From positions 186,001 to 250,000 of the forward strand of contig CAUYUJ010000115.1 in assembly GCA_963575745.1 (NCBI GenBank): DNA of 64,000 bases. Reading direction: 5' to 3'. Shown piece by piece: positions 59,164 to 64,000 of this stretch. Source of the DNA: Prorocentrum cordatum. Its lineage: Eukaryota. The notes under the pieces are model-generated. The model had not been told where the DNA came from and searched no databases. It saw only the letters and a list, made by a program, of their open reading frames with translations. The position numbers and the translations under genes were made by a program. Within the stretch, counting starts at the first letter, position 1, and each line of letters starts with the position of its first letter.

Positions 59164-60362
59164 ACGTCGTTCATTTCTAATCGTGCTCATTTCTAATTGT
59201 GCTCGCCAGGAAGAGGCCCAGAATAGAACAATTAGAAATGAAAGGATCTTGGCTCAAAAAATCTTGGCCCCCCAAAAAAGGGGCCGATCACAAGGACAGC
59301 GGATACAGTAAACCAGTATAGTAAGGATGCGCGGTAAGGGTGCAGGGACCTTGGACGCCCATTTCGAGGCTTTTCGAGCGGGGCGCGGCCAGCGAAAGTG
59401 GCCAAGGATGGACCCATGAGGCAAGGATGCAAGGGTACCCTTGGGAAGGTTGCCCATCCTTACTGTACGTCGACCCCTGTCCCAGGCTCTGCGGGGTGTT
59501 CGAGTGGACCTGACGATTAGGGCCCGGCCCTGGGATGCACGATTGGGGGGCGTCCATCCTCGATAGGGGGTGCGTCCGAACAGCCCCCCTTTGGGGGTGC
59601 ATCCCAGGGGATCCCCTCCTTTTCTGAGCGGCCTCAGCTTTCGTCGAAAAGTCTGGGTCTGGGGGGGGGGAAATCGCCTGCGGCACAACGATGTTTAGAA
59701 CGGCATCGCATTCAAAACGAGCATCGAAACAAAAACCCACGGTTTAAAACGAACGTTAACATTGAAACCAGTGCCAAACGAGACAAACGAGACGAGGCGC
59801 TTAAAGCAACTAAAGACAAGAAGAGACAATAACGAACAACGAAACAAACAACAAAGCAAAGGCCCAAACCAAGCTAAACAGCGTTGTGGTCGGTCCCTGT
59901 ATGTGTATGTATATTTATGTGTATATATATATATATACAGAGGGAGATGTCTATTGTTAGCCGAGCGCGGACAGGGAGGCTGGCCTACGTCGCGCCCAAC
60001 GCGCAAACCTGTGCGCGAGCGCGGAGGAGGAGAGAAGAAGCGGGAGAGAGGAGAGATGAGACGAGGGAGGAGGAGGAGGAGGAGGAGGAGGAGGAGGCGG
60101 GGGAGGGCGAGGAGGAAGAGAGATTCAGCAGGAGGAGGAGGAAGAGGAGGAGGAAGAGACGGAGGAGGAGGAGGAGAAAGGGAGGAGGAAGGAGCAAGGA
60201 GGGAGGAGAGAGGGGGGAGGAGGAAGCAGGAAGAAAGGACGAGGGGAGATGGATGAGGAGAGGGGAGGAAGGAGGCACGAGGGAGGAGGAGGAGGAAAGA
60301 GGAGGAGGGAGGAGGGAGGAGGGATGGGGGAGGAGGAGGGCTTCCGAGATTTAGGGCGTTCT

Positions 60363-60469
60363 GGCCTCCTCCTCCTCCCCCTCCTCCTCCTCCTCCTCCT
60401 CCTCCCCTCCTAATCATCATCAGAATCATCGTCATCATCATCGGCATCATCACCAGCATCATCACCACC

Positions 60470-60532
<63 letters not shown>

Positions 60533-60533
60533 G

Positions 60534-60564
<31 letters not shown>

Positions 60565-60830
60565 ACTGCTCCGCCTCCTCCTCCTCCTCATCATCATCAT
60601 CATCCATCTCCTCCTCATCATCCTCATCCTCATCCTCATGCTCATCCTCATCATTGTCCTCATCACCGTCCTCATTCCGTCTCGTCCCGTGTTCCATGTA
60701 CCTCCCTCTCCTCCTCCTCCTCCTCCTCCTCCTCCTCCTCCTCCTCCTCCTTCTCCTCCTCCCTCTCTTCCTCCTCCTCTTAAACTTTCTCCTCCTCCTC
60801 CTCCTCCTCCCCTCCTCCTCCTCCTCCACC
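60363..60830. repeat. (CCT)n/(CAT)n microsatellites
   Basis: Direct reading. Confidence 0.9.
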
Positions 60831-63046
60831 GTCTCCTCTCTCGTCTCTTTTAACCCTTCTCCTCCTCCCTCTCCTGCTCCTCATCTTCATCCCCACCCCC
60901 CTCGCTGCCGTGCAGCGCGGCGCTCCTGGTCCGTGTTGGAGCCGATGCTCGTCTTGCGGTCGCCGGCACCGTTGCCCATCTCTTCGAGCATCTTTCGGCG
61001 GGGGGCGTGGGAGCGGAAGGAGGGGAACGGGGTTCAAGCTCCACCCATCAGATCATGCCTGCTCCTCACTTCCTGCCCTTCCTGCATCCTCCTGCTGCTC
61101 CTCGACCGCCTCTTCCTGTCGCATCCTCCTGCACCCCCCCCATTCGTCCTTCTCATCCTCATCCACCCCGTCTTCCTGCATCCTCCTCCTGCAACCTCAT
61201 CCTCCTCCTGCTCATCGTCATCCATCTCATCCTTCGCCACATCCCTCCTCGCTCATTCATTCCCTCTTTTTGTCCCAGGGTATTTGTTCACACTCGTCAT
61301 TCCTCCGGCATCCTCGCCGCATTCCCCATGCTCCTGCTCCTGTTTCTCCTCCGACTCCGACATGCCCTCCTTTTCCACCTCCTGTCTTCCTTCATTCCCT
61401 GGTCCTTTTCTCCCCCTCCCTCCAGCAGGTAATGAAGTAAAAGAGTCCCCCTCGACAGAGGGTATGAGCGAAGAGGAACAGGGCTGGCGTCGATGAATTG
61501 GGCCGCGCGTGTTAACGGCACACGAGCACCTAACAACGACCAACAATCGAAACTACCGAACAAAACACGCGTCGCGAGTTCTGCCACCGCGCCAGAAGGC
61601 CTGTAGAAGAAGAGCCAGACGCATAAACAGAAATTTTCGGAACTCCGCACGGATTTCTTGGATCTGCGCTTGACCCTACCTGGACGGATTCCCCTGGGGC
61701 CGTAGGCGACCCGAGGAGGGGAGGGCGAGGAGGGGGAGGAGGAGGAGGGGGAGGAGGAGATGGAGGAGGAGGAGGAGGAGGAGGAGGAGGAGGAGGAGGA
61801 GGAGGAGGAGGAGGAGGAGGAGGAGATGGAGGAGGAGATGGAGGAGGAGGAGGAGGAGGAGGAGGAGGAGGAGGAGGAGGAGGAGGCGGGGGAGGGGGAG
61901 GAGGGGGAGAGGTCGCCTACGGAGAAACCCGCCGATTTCTTGCATCTGCGCTTGACCCACCTACCTGGCGCGCGAAGCGCGCCAGGGGCGGCGCCAGAGG
62001 CGCAGCCAGGGGGGGCCAGCGCCGATCCAAGAACTCCGTGCGGAGGTCAGAAAGGCTATGCTGAATGCCGCCCTGCCTCCGTCTTGAGCAGGGACCGGGC
62101 GACCCTGCATTCCTGCCGTCGGGGCGTTGACCTAAGGAACGATAAAAACATAGGAACGAGGCCCCTTTTTCCACATAGGTGAAACTTCGATTTCCAATGG
62201 AAAACCTCAGGAAGCCTGAGGCAAACTGCAAGACAATCAAGGAACACCGAGCCCCTCCCCAACGAAGCTCCTTCTTCAGCGCCCCGACTGTATAGGTCTA
62301 CCGCGACATGATCTTAGAGCCCCCAAAAAATGCCAAGAGCAAAAACAGTGTTCTCAGAACATAGAGAAATGCCCGACGCGTTAAAACAAGACGGCCCCAG
62401 CCAGAAGTGCTCTGAGGGCACTTCGTGCAGCCACAATCCTGGGCAAACCCGAGTGCCTGGCGAACCCGAGTCCTGGCAAACCCGGGTCTTACGCTCCCCC
62501 GAACAAGGTCCTAGGATCACTCTGTGGCACGCCTGTAGGCACGACACCGTCGACGCTGGCCGCCGGCAGAGCTCCGCAACCCCCCGAACCCTTCCGCACC
62601 ACAGGGGCGGCACTCCCGCCGGCGGCCCGCCTCTCGGCTGCGCGCGCTAAGGAAGGGGCCCCAGGACACAGAAATAAAGACACACAAATAAACATATGTC
62701 CCATATTTTCCCATGTTTTCGGGGTTTCTGTCTTTCCCCTCACTTCCCATATTTTCCCATATTTTCTTGGGAATCGAAGATTAATTGTGTCTGTGTGTTT
62801 CTTCTCCTCCTGAGCTAAGGGGGTATGGGCGGAGGGGGAGGGCTTCTTAGAAGACGGCCGCTTCTTAGACGGCGCCGGCCCTTCTCAGGAGAAGCATCGG
62901 ATCCTCGGATCGTCGGAAGGTCTGAATCGAATCGGACCGAGCCGGCCAGAATCAATATCGAATCGGGTCGAGATGGGCTATGGAACCTGGCGTGCGCACT
63001 GGGGCGCGACCCGCTCCGGCTGCGACTCTGGCGGCATGGCCCACGT

Positions 63047-63702
63047 CTTGGCGGCGCGCACAAGGGGGTATGGGGGAAGGGGGGAAGGCTTCTTTGAAGA
63101 CGGCCGCTTCTTAGAAGGCGCCGGCCCTGCATCTCTAGACAAGGCCCGCGCCTTCTAAGAAGCAGGGTTGCTTCTAAGAAGCCTTCCTCCCTCCCCCTCT
63201 ACCTTCTTGTCTTGCCATCGCTCGGACGTCCATTCCCCGTGCATTTGTCGGTGTCGTGCGTGCTTTTTTGGGCCAGATGGTCCAGGATGATCCTCGATGG
63301 TCCTCGCTGAGACAAAACGCACACGTCCGATGCTAAGTTGCGCGCGTGGCCGAACTCCATCGAACATATATCGAATAGGCATCGACATCGACATCGATCG
63401 GAACGAAGTGCACCCTGCAACGGGGCCGATTGTGCGCCTGTGCGCCACCCTGCGCCTCGCCATTCCTCCCCCCCCTCCCATGTCTCCGAGGGTCTCTGCG
63501 AGAGGTCCTCGGAACTGCTGCGAGGCCTCCGGGAGCCCAGAAACAACACGAAGGGCGCAACAAAGAAACGTCCCAGAATCTTCATCCTCGGCCCACGACC
63601 CTCGAACCTCGAACCCCGTGCCTCGACGACGACGACGGAAACGACGACAAGAGGGACGACGACGCGGACGACGACCAGGTGCCAACGACGAAGACCAGGT
63701 GC

Positions 63703-63747
<45 letters not shown>
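63047..63747 (+). repeat. Dispersed ~700-bp repeat, copy 2
   Basis: As for copy 1. Confidence 0.8.
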
Positions 63748-63748
<1 letters not shown>

Positions 63749-64000
63749 GCCGAGCCTCCACGATGTTCTTCTCGCTCAGGCTCTGTATGAGGCCACGGTC
63801 CTCCGCCAGAGGGCGCGGGAGCCCGGCAGGGGGCGCGCTCGGGCTGGGCGCTCTCGCCCACGGCGCCTTAACCCTCGCCGCGGAGGGGCAACGCCACGGC
63901 AGGCTCGCGCGGCGCTTCGGCGCGCGCGAAGGTTTTTGACACCCCGTCGATCGTTCAGTCCTGAGTCGATCGCGGACCCGATCGCTCAAGGTCGAATTCG

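Overview
GC-rich, repeat-saturated eukaryotic DNA, almost certainly dinoflagellate: an exact 22-nt dinoflagellate spliced leader lies at 8309-8330. The main structure is at 1-46.7 kb on the minus strand. A pentatricopeptide-repeat (PPR) gene begins with a divergent two-motif exon (46425-46748). It continues as 10 intact cassettes of exactly 105, 210 or 315 bp, giving 13 near-identical 35-aa PPR motifs. The spacers between cassettes are about 19 non-autonomous elements with Helitron-type ends: 5' TC(T[G/C]TACTAC), and a 3' GC-rich hairpin ending about 12 nt before the last base of a CTAG-like terminus. They sit at the same A^T position of the PPR motif (gtcA^Tcagctac), often as head-to-tail arrays. 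Their left end resembles the PPR target sequence, and exon-adjacent copies nearly all carry a GT/GC donor, suggesting site-specific Helitron-derived introns that split the gene into one-base-recognition modules. Nested inside are a decayed near-full-length LINE (RanBP2-ZnF ORF1, endonuclease, RT, RNase H; 24.0-29.2 kb), a decayed RanBP2-ZnF/coiled-coil fragment, tandem SL copies, MITE-like foldbacks and many satellites. The 46.8-64 kb part is satellites, dispersed repeats and a LINE 3' fragment. No RepHel transposase was found. Most long ORFs in the ORF track are shadow frames of GC-rich repeats. Splicing and expression are inferred, not shown.
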